NCBI GenBank assembly: GCA_963740785.1
Contig: CAVUFO010000014.1
Coordinates: forward strand, 156,605-220,604
DNA: 64,000 nucleotides
Reading direction: 5' to 3'
Origin: an uncultured Actinomycetota bacterium
GTDB taxonomy: Bacteria; Actinomycetota; Actinomycetes; Streptosporangiales; Streptosporangiaceae
The position numbers and the translations under genes were made by a program. The notes under the pieces were generated by a model, which was given only the letters and a program-made list of their open reading frames with translations, ran no database searches and had not been told where the DNA came from. Positions 53,628-61,838 of this stretch are shown here, one piece after another (position 1 is the first letter of the stretch; each line of letters starts with the position of its first letter).

Positions 53628-54704
53628 TCACGTCACGCAGGCGCCGCCGGCAAGACTGCCTCGGCCCAGGCTGAACAGTCTGGCAACGTGCCGGATGTTG
53701 CCGGCCCGGCCCATGGCCGCCGCGGCCGCACCGCGCCCGAGCACGTAGTGATCGAAGAATGCCAGCGTGACCCGGGCGACGATGCGCTCGTACGGGTTCG
53801 TGCCCCAGTACGGCCCGGTATGGCCCGCTCCGAGCAGGTCCAGGTAGAACCGTGCCCTGGCACGGTCGGAGCGGTACATCGTCACGCTGCACCCTGGCGG
53901 GTTCACGGTGTCGGCGTCGCCCTGGGTGAACAGCATCGGAACCGGCGGTCGGGCGAAGAACGCACCGTGCATGGCCGGCCATTCGGCCCCCGACAGCACC
54001 GCGACCGCCCTGACCCGGCGGTCGGTGCAGCAGGAGTTCGCTCCGATGGCGGCAACGGTGTCGCCGCCGTCGGACTGGCCCGCGATCGCGATCTCGCGCG
54101 GGTCGAGCCGTCCGGCGAGCAGGCCGGTTCCCGCAGCGCTGCGCCGGGACAGCGCCGTGATCGCGAACGAGATGTCGGCAGGCTGGTTGACCAGGTCCGA
54201 TTCGGTCGCAGCGGTGCCGGTCAGGCAGTCCGAGCGGGGGAAGTTCACGGCCGCGACCACGTACCCCGCGCTGGCCCAGGAGCGCAGCAGGCCGGCATAC
54301 GGGCCGCCGCACTGCCTGAACCCCGGCCCGAACGCGATCAGCGGCAGCGGACCTGGTGCGGGCCGGGCGCCTGAGCCAGCCCCGCCGGCCAGCGGGTACC
54401 AGAGCTGGATGAGCAGCCGCCGCGGCCCGAGCGGGTCGCCGGCCGGCCCGGTGTGCGCCGGCTCGGTGATGCTGAGCCTGGCCCGCGCCGTCCTGAACCG
54501 CCCGAGCCTGCCGAACCCGGCCGAGACGGCGGGGGACTGGCGCGCGCCGGAGTGCCCGGGGCTGGCGGACGGCGTCGTCTGCGGCGGTGTTGTCTGCCGT
54601 GTCTGCGGAGGGGTGCTCGCGGCGGGCGCGGGCGCCGAGCACGCCGGCGCCAGCGCCACGAGAATGGTGACAGCCGCGCCCGCCCCGGCCGCCCGCGCTC
54701 GCAT
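53628..54704 (-). CDS. Alpha/beta-hydrolase lipoprotein
   Basis: Lipobox (LVALAPACS), a Pro/Thr-rich linker, the nucleophile elbow IAGQSDGG, and a dienelactone/PAF-acetylhydrolase-like layout. Confidence 0.7.
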   Translation of the reverse strand: MRARAAGAGAAVTILVALAPACSAPAPAASTPPQTRQTTPPQTTPSASPGHSGARQSPAVSAGFGRLGRFRTARARLSITEPAHTGPAGDPLGPRRLLIQLWYPLAGGAGSGARPAPGPLPLIAFGPGFRQCGGPYAGLLRSWASAGYVVAAVNFPRSDCLTGTAATESDLVNQPADISFAITALSRRSAAGTGLLAGRLDPREIAIAGQSDGGDTVAAIGANSCCTDRRVRAVAVLSGAEWPAMHGAFFARPPVPMLFTQGDADTVNPPGCSVTMYRSDRARARFYLDLLGAGHTGPYWGTNPYERIVARVTLAFFDHYVLGRGAAAAAMGRAGNIRHVARLFSLGRGSLAGGACVT

Positions 54705-54715
54705 CAGGGTGCGGC

Positions 54716-55789
54716 CTACCCAGCCAGGATGTCGCCGAGGCTGAAGCTCACCGGCTCCTCGAGCTGGGCGAACCCGCAGGACTCAGGCTCCCGGTCGGGG
54801 CGCCAGCGGACGAACTGCGCCGTGTGCCGGAACCTCGTGCCCTCCATGTGGTCGTAGCGGACCTCGACGACCCGCTGGGGGCGCAGCGGCACGAACGACA
54901 GGTCCTTGCCGGCGTTCCAGCGGCTGTGCTCGGCCTCGCGCGGGTGCCTGGTCGTCATCTCGGGCTGCCAGTTCCACGGATGGCCGTCGAACGTCGTCAC
55001 GAGCGGCCGCAGGTCGGAGAACAGCGCCTTGCGGGTCGCCATCGGGAACGCGCCGATCACCCCGACGCTGGCGAGCTTGCCCTCGTCGGTGTACAGGCCC
55101 AGCAGCAGCGACCCGATCGCGTCGGGGCCGCTCTTGTGCACCCGGTAGCCGGCGACGACGCAGTCGGCGGTCCGCTCGTGCTTGATCTTGAACATGGCCC
55201 GCTTGTCCGGCTGGTAGCTGCCGTCGAGCGGCTTCGCGACAATGCCGTCCAGGCCCGCGCCCTCGAACTGGCTGAACCACACCTCGGCGAGCCCGGGATC
55301 CCTGGTCGCCGGCGTCAGGTAGACCGGCGGCAGCGCGTCGGCCAGCGCTTCCTCGAGGGCCTCGCGCCGCATCGCGAACGGGTCCTGCGTGTAGTCCTTG
55401 CCGCCGAGCGCCAGCAGGTCGAACCCGACGAACGCGGCCGGGGTCTGGTCGGCGAGCAGCCGCACCCGGCTGTCGGCCGGATGAATCCGCTGCAGCAGCG
55501 CCTCGAAGTCCAGGCACCGTCCGTCCGCGTCAGGGATGACGATCTCCCCATCGATAACAGATCGCTCGGGCAGGCTCGCCTTCGCGGCCGCGACGATCTC
55601 GGGGAAGTACCTGGTCATCGGCCGCTCGTTGCGGCTGCCGATCTCGACCTCATCGCCATCGCGGAAGATGATCGACCGGAAGCCGTCCCATTTCGGCTCG
55701 TAGCTCATCGCGCCGCCGGGTATCGCCTTGACGGACTTCGCGAGCATCGGCGGGACCGGCGGCATCACGGGAAGATCCATGGCACCCAT
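54716..55789 (-). CDS. ligC: ATP-dependent DNA ligase (LigC-type, adenylation + OB domains only)
   Basis: Motif I YEPKWDGFRSI, DGEIV, LLGLYTD and MFKIKHERTADCVV. The ATG at 55789 was chosen; the longer ORF-track N-terminus (to 56308) is Arg/Asp-rich antisense sequence. Confidence 0.88.
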   Translation of the reverse strand: MGAMDLPVMPPVPPMLAKSVKAIPGGAMSYEPKWDGFRSIIFRDGDEVEIGSRNERPMTRYFPEIVAAAKASLPERSVIDGEIVIPDADGRCLDFEALLQRIHPADSRVRLLADQTPAAFVGFDLLALGGKDYTQDPFAMRREALEEALADALPPVYLTPATRDPGLAEVWFSQFEGAGLDGIVAKPLDGSYQPDKRAMFKIKHERTADCVVAGYRVHKSGPDAIGSLLLGLYTDEGKLASVGVIGAFPMATRKALFSDLRPLVTTFDGHPWNWQPEMTTRHPREAEHSRWNAGKDLSFVPLRPQRVVEVRYDHMEGTRFRHTAQFVRWRPDREPESCGFAQLEEPVSFSLGDILAG

Positions 55790-55864
55790 CTTGCTACCTG
55801 GGCTCCCGCGCCGCCCGCGTGACTGTCGGCCCGGCCGGGTAGCGTCTCGTCTCGGGGGTGCACG

Positions 55865-56565
55865 GTGCCAGGTGCAGGCGGCATACCGCCACGCGCCCAG
55901 GGGGCGCCGCCGATCACGGCGGTCGAGCGGCGGGGGATCGGGCACGTTCCGCTGTGCGAGCGACGGGGGACGCCTGCCGGGCTGTTCTGGATGTGGGCCG
56001 GCGCGATCTGGAACGTCGACTTCCTGGTCTGCGGCGTGCTCGGCATCGTCGTCTTCGGGCTGTCCTTCACCCAGGCTGTCGTCGTGATCGCGGCCGGCAA
56101 CGTGTCCTGCGCGCTGACCGGGCTGGCCAGCCTGCAGGGTCCGCAGGCAGGAACGACGTGCTTCGGCATCAGCCGCGCCCCGTTCGGGCCGGCCGGCAAC
56201 AAGGTGCCCTCGCTGTTCAACTGAGTGACGCAGGTCGGCTTCGAGATCGAGGGCGTCGCGCTGATCGTCTTCGCCGCCATCTCGCTGGCGGGAGAGGCTG
56301 GCCTGCACGCCGTCCCTGACTGGCTGAAGGCGGCGTTCCTGGCCGTCGCGCGCTGGCCGCGCAGGCGGCTGGCATGATCGCAGCCGCTTTCTGGCTGAAC
56401 GCGTACTCGCCCTACGTCGGCCCGCTGGCCAGCCGGATCGGTGGTGCGCTCGGCTCGGACGTCAGCCTGCTGACCGGCATGATCACCGGCGGCGGCGTGT
56501 ACTGGCTGCTGGCCGGCCGCGAGGTCGGGGCCGAGGCCGCCGCGACCCCGGGCTTGGACAGCTAG
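55865..56565 (+). pseudogene. Decayed NCS1 (purine-cytosine/allantoin-type) permease: in-frame TGA plus a large internal deletion
   Basis: N-terminal part VERRGIGHVPLCERRGTPAGLFWMWAGAIWNVDFL...SRAPFGPAGNKVPSLFN, then TGA (56222..56224). The same frame continues VTQVGFEIEGVALIVF... to about 56376. A C-terminal piece (56374..56565, FWLNAYSPYVGPL...GGVYWLLAGREV) follows directly. About 230 of the ~480 residues expected for the family remain. Confidence 0.6.
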
Positions 56566-56601
56566 CCCTGATCTTGGACAACTGGCAGAGCGCTGGCCGC
56601 C

Positions 56602-56942
56602 CTAACCGCCAGTGAGCGGACGAGGATCGAAGGTCACGCGGATGAAGGTGATCTTGCCGCTCTCGATGTGCCGCCAGTTCACGGTCGGCATCGGCTTCGT
56701 GGTCGAGGTGTGCAGATCGAACCAGGTGAGCACGTGGTCCGTCGGCAAATGTCTTGCGGATGTCGATCTTGGTGACGATCTGTGACATCCGCTTGAGCCC
56801 AGCGACGCATTCGTCGGCGCTGCCGGCATGGCCGAGCGGGCCGTCAAACGTCACGTCGTCGGCGAGGATCGAGCGCACCGCGTCGAGGTCGCCGCGCATC
56901 CAGGCGCCGAAGTACGTCGCCCCTACGTCGGCCTGGCTCTGA
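56602..56942 (-). pseudogene. SnoaL/NTF2-like protein with frameshifts
   Basis: ...GATYFGAWMRGDLDAVRSILADDVTFDGPLGHAGSADECVAGLKRMSQIVTKIDIRKTFADG is in ORF 56483..56899. It continues as DHVLTWFDLHTSTTKPMPTVNWRHIESGKITFIRVTFDPRP in ORF 56602..56847 (shift near 56740, GACGG-GACCAC). The ATG at about 56953 is in yet another frame. Confidence 0.5.
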
Positions 56943-56961
56943 TGTCAGGGACATTGCACGC

Positions 56962-57528
56962 GTGAGCAAGGCGCGAGAGGCTGAGCCAATGCCGACCGTG
57001 GACGAGCTCAGCAAATTGCCCGAGGACGCGGCCAGGGCGGCACTGCACGGCTGTTGCCCGTCGGGTCGCTGGATCGAGGCGGTGACGGCACGCCGGCCGT
57101 TCGCCGACGCAGCGGCGCTGCTCGCGGCGTCGGATGCGGCCGTGGCCGGGCTGTCCGAAGCAGACCTGCGCGACGCGCTCGCCGGTCACCCGAGGATCGG
57201 CGACCGCCGGGTCGTTCGCGGGGGTCCTGGGGAGTCGTCCCCCGGGGCCAGCGCTGCGGCCAAAGGATGGTCGGGTCAGGAGCAGGCCGGCGTCCGCGAC
57301 GCGGACGCCGCCCTCAGGCGGGCGCTGGACGATGGCAACGCCGAGTACGAGCGCCGGTTCGGGCACATCTACCTGGCGTGCGCGACCGGCCGGAGCGCGT
57401 CCGAGCTGCTCGCTTTCCTGCGCGAGCGGCTCGGCAACGACCAGGAGACGGAGTGGGGCGTCGTGGCATCCGAGCTGGCCAAGATCAACCAGATCAGGCT
57501 GCGCAAGCTGATCGGTGACGTGTCGTGA
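56962..57528 (+). CDS. uraD: OHCU decarboxylase (2-oxo-4-hydroxy-4-carboxy-5-ureidoimidazoline decarboxylase)
   Basis: CCPSGRWIEAV...LSEADLRDALAGHPRIGD...YERRFGHIYLACATGRSASELLAFLRERLGND. It lies immediately upstream of the HIU hydrolase and uricase genes. Confidence 0.85.
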   Translation: MSKAREAEPMPTVDELSKLPEDAARAALHGCCPSGRWIEAVTARRPFADAAALLAASDAAVAGLSEADLRDALAGHPRIGDRRVVRGGPGESSPGASAAAKGWSGQEQAGVRDADAALRRALDDGNAEYERRFGHIYLACATGRSASELLAFLRERLGNDQETEWGVVASELAKINQIRLRKLIGDVS

Positions 57529-57571
57529 GCGTCGTGCCGGAGGCGCGCGCGGTTGGCACCGAGGCGCGCCG

Positions 57572-57907
57572 GTGAGCGCCGTGAGCACGCACGTGCTGGA
57601 CACCGCGCGCGGCGAGCCGGCCAGCGGGATCCTCGTGCGGCTGGAACGTGCGGGCACCGGTGCGCTCGAGCTGGGCCGCGGCACCACCGACGCGGACGGG
57701 CGGATCTCCGACTTCGGCGTGGCCTCGCTGTCGGCCGGGACCTACCGCCTGGTGTTCGACACCGGCGGTTACCTGGCCGCGGCCGGGGAGGGGAGCGCGT
57801 TCTTCCCCGAGGTGGTGGTCACGTTCGCGGCCGACGGGCTCCGGCCCCGGTACCACGTGCCGCTGCTGCTCAGCCCGTACTCCTACTCGACCTACCGCGG
57901 GAGCTAG
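57572..57907 (+). CDS. uraH: 5-hydroxyisourate hydrolase (transthyretin-like)
   Basis: STHVLDTARGEPASGILVRL...DADGRISDF...YHVPLLLSPYSYSTYRGS, including the C-terminal YRGS signature. The GTG at 57572 was chosen. Confidence 0.9.
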   Translation: MSAVSTHVLDTARGEPASGILVRLERAGTGALELGRGTTDADGRISDFGVASLSAGTYRLVFDTGGYLAAAGEGSAFFPEVVVTFAADGLRPRYHVPLLLSPYSYSTYRGS

Positions 57908-57910
57908 GCC

Positions 57911-58816
57911 ATGTCGATCACGCTCGGTGACAACCAGTACGGCAAGGCGGAGACCCGGGTGGTCAGGATCTACCGCGACACCGAGCGGCACGAGATCCGC
58001 GACCTCAACGTGTCGACGGCGCTGCGCGGCGACTTCGCCGCCGCGCACCTCGCGGGTGACCAGTCCATGGTGCTGCCGACCGATACGCAGAAGAACACCG
58101 CCTTCGCCTATGCCAAGGAGCGCGGCGCCGGCGCGATCGAGGCCTACGCGCTGGCCCTGGCCGGGCACTTCACCGACGACATCGCGTCGGTGACCCGCGC
58201 CCGCGTCGACGTCGACGAGTACCGCTGGGAACGGATCAGCGTAGCCGGATCAGGCCATCCGCACGCGTTCGTCAGGACCGGCCAGGAGATACGCTGCGCC
58301 GCGGCGGTGATCGACGCCGAGGGCCCTGTTACAACTCAATGGGTCATCTCCGGTATCAGGGACCTGGTGCTGCTCAAGTCGACGGGATCACAATTCACCG
58401 GGTTCCTCAGGGACCGCTACACGACGCTGGCTGAGGCGAGCGACCGGATCCTGGCCACGTCGCTGACCGCGCGGTGGCGGTACGCCGCGGCCGGCGTCGC
58501 GTGGGACGAGGCGTTCGCGCAGGTCAGGAGCATCCTGCTGGAGCGGTTCGCGGTGCCGCACAGCCGCGCGCTGCAGCAGACGCTGTGGGACATGGGCGCG
58601 GCCGTCCTGGCGGCCAGGGACGACATCGCCGAGATCAGGCTGTCGGCGCCGAACAAGCACCATTTCCTCGCCGATCTCTCGCCGTACGGGCTCGACAATC
58701 CCGGGGAGGTGTTCCACGCCGACGACCGGCCCTACGGGCTGATCCAGTGCGCCGCCGTGCGGGATGGCGCGCCGGACGCTGGACCGGCGTGGGAGCTGCC
58801 TGCCGCCTTCGCCTGA
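57911..58816 (+). CDS. uox: Urate oxidase (uricase)
   Basis: LGDNQYGKAETRVVRIYRD, VLPTDTQKNT, LKSTGSQFTGF, SRALQQTL and NKHHF. Confidence 0.92.
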   Translation: MSITLGDNQYGKAETRVVRIYRDTERHEIRDLNVSTALRGDFAAAHLAGDQSMVLPTDTQKNTAFAYAKERGAGAIEAYALALAGHFTDDIASVTRARVDVDEYRWERISVAGSGHPHAFVRTGQEIRCAAAVIDAEGPVTTQWVISGIRDLVLLKSTGSQFTGFLRDRYTTLAEASDRILATSLTARWRYAAAGVAWDEAFAQVRSILLERFAVPHSRALQQTLWDMGAAVLAARDDIAEIRLSAPNKHHFLADLSPYGLDNPGEVFHADDRPYGLIQCAAVRDGAPDAGPAWELPAAFA

Positions 58817-58873
58817 CCCGCATCGGGCGGAATGTGGCAGGCTGAGCGGTCTGGAGGGAGGCTTGCGACGCTG

Positions 58874-59866
58874 ATGGAGTTCCTGCAGCCAGGAAGCCTG
58901 GCCGAGGCCCTCGCGGCCAAGGCCGCGGCCCCTGGCGCGGTGCCGATCGCTGGCGGGACCGACGTCATGGTGGAGCTGAACTTCGCCAGGCGGCGGCCCG
59001 ATGTGCTGCTTGACCTGAACCGGGTGCCGGAACTGGCCGGCTGGTCGCTGCGGGACGGCAGGCTGCGGGTCGGCGCAGGGGTGACCTACGCCGAGCTGAC
59101 CGGCGAGCGCGGCGAGACCGGGCTCGGGCGGCGGCTGCCCGGGCTGGCGATGGCGGCGAGGACCGTCGGCTCGCCCCAGATCAGGAACCGGGGCACGATC
59201 GGCGGGAACCTCGGGTCTGCCTCGCCAGCCGGCGACTGCCACCCGTCCCTGCTGGCCGCGGACGCTGAGATCGAGGTCGCGTCCGCACGCGGGAGCCGGA
59301 TGATCCCGGCGGGGGAGTTCTTCACCGGCGTCAAGCGGAGCGCGCTGGCTCCTGACGAGCTGATCGCCGCGGTGTGGATCAGCCCGCCGGCCGGTCCCGA
59401 GCAGTTCGCCAAGATCGGCACCAGGAACGCGATGGTGATCGCGGTGACCGCGTTCGGGCTGGCGCTGCATCCGGGCCGACGGGCTGTCGGCACCGGGATC
59501 GGGTCGGCGGCGCCGACGCCGGTGCGGGCGCTCGAGGCGGAGGCATTCCTGGCCGGGGCGCTGGCCGAGTCAGGGCTGTGGGAGTCTCGCGGCGCGCTGC
59601 CGCATGAGGTGGTGACGGAGTTCGGCGCGCTGGTGAGCGCGGCCGCGCGGCCGATCGACGATGTCAGGGGCACGGCCGCGTACCGGCGGCACGCGCTCAC
59701 CGTGCTGGCGCGGCGGACGCTGAGCTGGGCCTGGGCCGAATACCAGCGCGCGAGCGGCTCGCGCGGCTCGGGCGGCTCGGGCGGCTCGGCCGGTTCAGGC
59801 GGTTCGGGCGGCTCGGCCGGCTCGGGCGGCTCGGGCGGTTCGGGCGGCTCGGGCGGGGAAGGGTGA
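58874..59866 (+). CDS. Xanthine-dehydrogenase-family FAD-binding subunit (CoxM-like) with a Gly/Ser repeat tail
   Basis: MEFLQPGSLAEALAA...IAGGTDVMVELNF, RNRGTIGGNLGSASPAGD, DDVRGTAAYRRH, and the tail SGSRGSGGSGGSAGSGGSGGSAGSGGSGGSGGSGGEG. Confidence 0.85.
   Translation: MEFLQPGSLAEALAAKAAAPGAVPIAGGTDVMVELNFARRRPDVLLDLNRVPELAGWSLRDGRLRVGAGVTYAELTGERGETGLGRRLPGLAMAARTVGSPQIRNRGTIGGNLGSASPAGDCHPSLLAADAEIEVASARGSRMIPAGEFFTGVKRSALAPDELIAAVWISPPAGPEQFAKIGTRNAMVIAVTAFGLALHPGRRAVGTGIGSAAPTPVRALEAEAFLAGALAESGLWESRGALPHEVVTEFGALVSAAARPIDDVRGTAAYRRHALTVLARRTLSWAWAEYQRASGSRGSGGSGGSAGSGGSGGSAGSGGSGGSGGSGGEG
59753..59857. repeat. GGC-GGY-TCG-based tandem repeat (9-bp unit with a higher-order pattern) encoding the (GSG/GSA)n tail
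   Basis: Read directly. Confidence 0.85.
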
Positions 59867-59873
59867 TCGGGCG

Positions 59874-60380
59874 ATGCGGGTAACGGCGACGGTCAACGGC
59901 GTGCGGCACGAGGCCGACGACGTCTGGCCCGGGGAGAGCCTGCTGTTCGTGCTCCGCGAGCGGATGGGCCTGCCTGGCTCGAAGAACGCCTGCGAGCAGG
60001 GCGAATGCGGGTCCTGCACGGTGTACCTGGACGGCACGCCGGTCTGCGCCTGCCTCGTCGCCGCTGGGCAGGCGCAGGGGCGCGACATCGTGACGGTCGA
60101 GGGCCTGGCCGGCGGCGACGGCGAGCTGCACCCGGTGCAGCAGGCATTCATCGAGGCGGGAGCCGTCCAGTGCGGGTTCTGCACGCCTGGGCTGATCGTT
60201 GCCGCGCACGACCTGCTGGCCAGGGACCCCGATCCGGCCGACGCCGACGTGCGGGAGGCGCTGGCCGGGAACCTGTGCCGGTGCACCGGTTACGAAAAGA
60301 TCCTCGACGCGGTGCGGCTCGCGGGATCCCGGTTGCGGGATCCCGGGCCCGGTGGCGCCGCGGCCGGGGATGGCGCGTGA
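59874..60380 (+). CDS. Xanthine-dehydrogenase-family [2Fe-2S] subunit (CoxS-like)
   Basis: CEQGECGSCTV, the second cluster motif QCGFCTPG, and NLCRCTGY. Confidence 0.92.
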   Translation: MRVTATVNGVRHEADDVWPGESLLFVLRERMGLPGSKNACEQGECGSCTVYLDGTPVCACLVAAGQAQGRDIVTVEGLAGGDGELHPVQQAFIEAGAVQCGFCTPGLIVAAHDLLARDPDPADADVREALAGNLCRCTGYEKILDAVRLAGSRLRDPGPGGAAAGDGA

Positions 60381-61723
60381 GCCAGGTCGTGCTCAGCGGC
60401 TGCCACGTCGTCACCATGGACGCCGCGCGAGCCGAACACGCGGACGGCTACGTCGTCGTCGCCGGGAACCAGATCGCCGCGGTCGGCGCTGGCCAGGTTC
60501 CCGGCGCGTACGCCGGGGCGCGGGTGGTCGACGCGTCCGGGTGCCTGGCCACGCCCGGGCTGATCAACACCCACCATCACCTGTACCAGTGGGCGACGCG
60601 CGGCCGTGCCGTCGACTCGACCTTGTTCGAGTGGCTGACCGAGCTGTACCCGGTCTGGGCCAGGATCGACGAGGGCGTCGTGCGGGACGCCGCGACCGCG
60701 GCACTCGCGTGGCTGGCCAGGACCGGCTGCACGACCAGCACCGACCACCACTACGTGTTCCCGCGCGGCGGCGGCGACGTGCTCGGCGCCACGATCGTCG
60801 CTGCTCGGGACGTTGGTCTGCGGTTCCACCCGACGCGGGGGTCGATGGACCTGGGCGCCTCGTCGGGCGGCTTGCCGCCCGACGAGGTCACCGAGGATCT
60901 CGACGCGATCCTCGCCGCGACGTCCGCGGCGATCTCGGCATTCCATGACCCGTCGCCCTGGTCGATGCTGCGGATGGGCGTGGCGCCGTGCTCGCCGTTC
61001 TCCGTGACGGGTGAGCTCATGACGGCGGCAGCGGGCCTGGCAAGGTCGCACGGGGTGCGGCTGCATACCCATATCGCTGAGACGTCGGACGAGGATGAGT
61101 ACTGCGCGGCGCACTTCGGCTGCACCCCGGTCGAGTACCTCGACTCGCTGGGCTGGCTGGCAGGCGACGTCTGGCTGGCGCACGGCGTGCACCTTGACGA
61201 CGCCGCGATCGCGCGGCTGGCCGCCACCGGAACGGGCATCGCGCACTGCCCGTCATCGAACGCCAGGCTCGGCGCCGGGATCTGCAGGACCGCCGACCTG
61301 CTCGCCGCCGGGGTACCGGTCGGGCTGGGCGTCGACGGTTCGGCCTCGAACGAGGAGAGTTCGCTGCTCGGCGAGGCGCGCGAGGCTGTGCTGATGGCCA
61401 GGGCCGCGGGCGGCCCGCAGGCACTGACCGTGCGGCAGTCCCTCGAGCTGGCGACACTGGGCGGCGCTCGGCTGATCGGCCGGGTCGGCGAGCTCGGCTC
61501 GCTCGAGGCGGGCAAGCTCGCTGACGTGGCGTTGTGGCGGGTGGACGGGCTGGCGCATGCCGATATCGCCGACCCCGTCGCCTCTCTGGTGCTCGGCGCT
61601 CGCCCGCCGCTTGAACTCCTCCTGGTCAACGGCCGCCCCGTCGTCGAGGACGACGAGATGGTCACCGTCGACGAGCGCGCCGCCACCCGCGCCGCCACCC
61701 GCGCCGCCACGATCCTCCGCTAA
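60377..61723 (+). CDS. Amidohydrolase of the 8-oxoguanine/guanine-deaminase (SsnA/TrzA-like) group
   Basis: The GTG at 60377 overlaps the previous stop (GTGA). PGLINTHHHLYQ, HTHIAET, AHGVHL, HCPSSN and VGLGVDGSASN. Confidence 0.85.
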   Translation: MSQVVLSGCHVVTMDAARAEHADGYVVVAGNQIAAVGAGQVPGAYAGARVVDASGCLATPGLINTHHHLYQWATRGRAVDSTLFEWLTELYPVWARIDEGVVRDAATAALAWLARTGCTTSTDHHYVFPRGGGDVLGATIVAARDVGLRFHPTRGSMDLGASSGGLPPDEVTEDLDAILAATSAAISAFHDPSPWSMLRMGVAPCSPFSVTGELMTAAAGLARSHGVRLHTHIAETSDEDEYCAAHFGCTPVEYLDSLGWLAGDVWLAHGVHLDDAAIARLAATGTGIAHCPSSNARLGAGICRTADLLAAGVPVGLGVDGSASNEESSLLGEAREAVLMARAAGGPQALTVRQSLELATLGGARLIGRVGELGSLEAGKLADVALWRVDGLAHADIADPVASLVLGARPPLELLLVNGRPVVEDDEMVTVDERAATRAATRAATILR

Positions 61724-61745
61724 GCCCCGGGCTCCCCATTCAAGG

Positions 61746-61799
61746 CCCAGCTATGAACCCTTGGTGGGCCTATACCACCACTAACGGTTCATAGGTGGG
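61746..61799. repeat. Palindromic intergenic element, copy 2 (stem with two mismatches), 22 nt after the deaminase stop
   Basis: CCCAGCTATGAACCCTT-GGTGGGCCTATACCACCACT-AACGGTTCATAGGTGGG. It shares the left arm and most of the loop with copy 1, as well as the flanking GGGGCTGGCG. Confidence 0.85.
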
Positions 61800-61838
61800 G
61801 CTGGCGCGCGGGGGAATGTCAGTGGCCCGTGCGATGGT

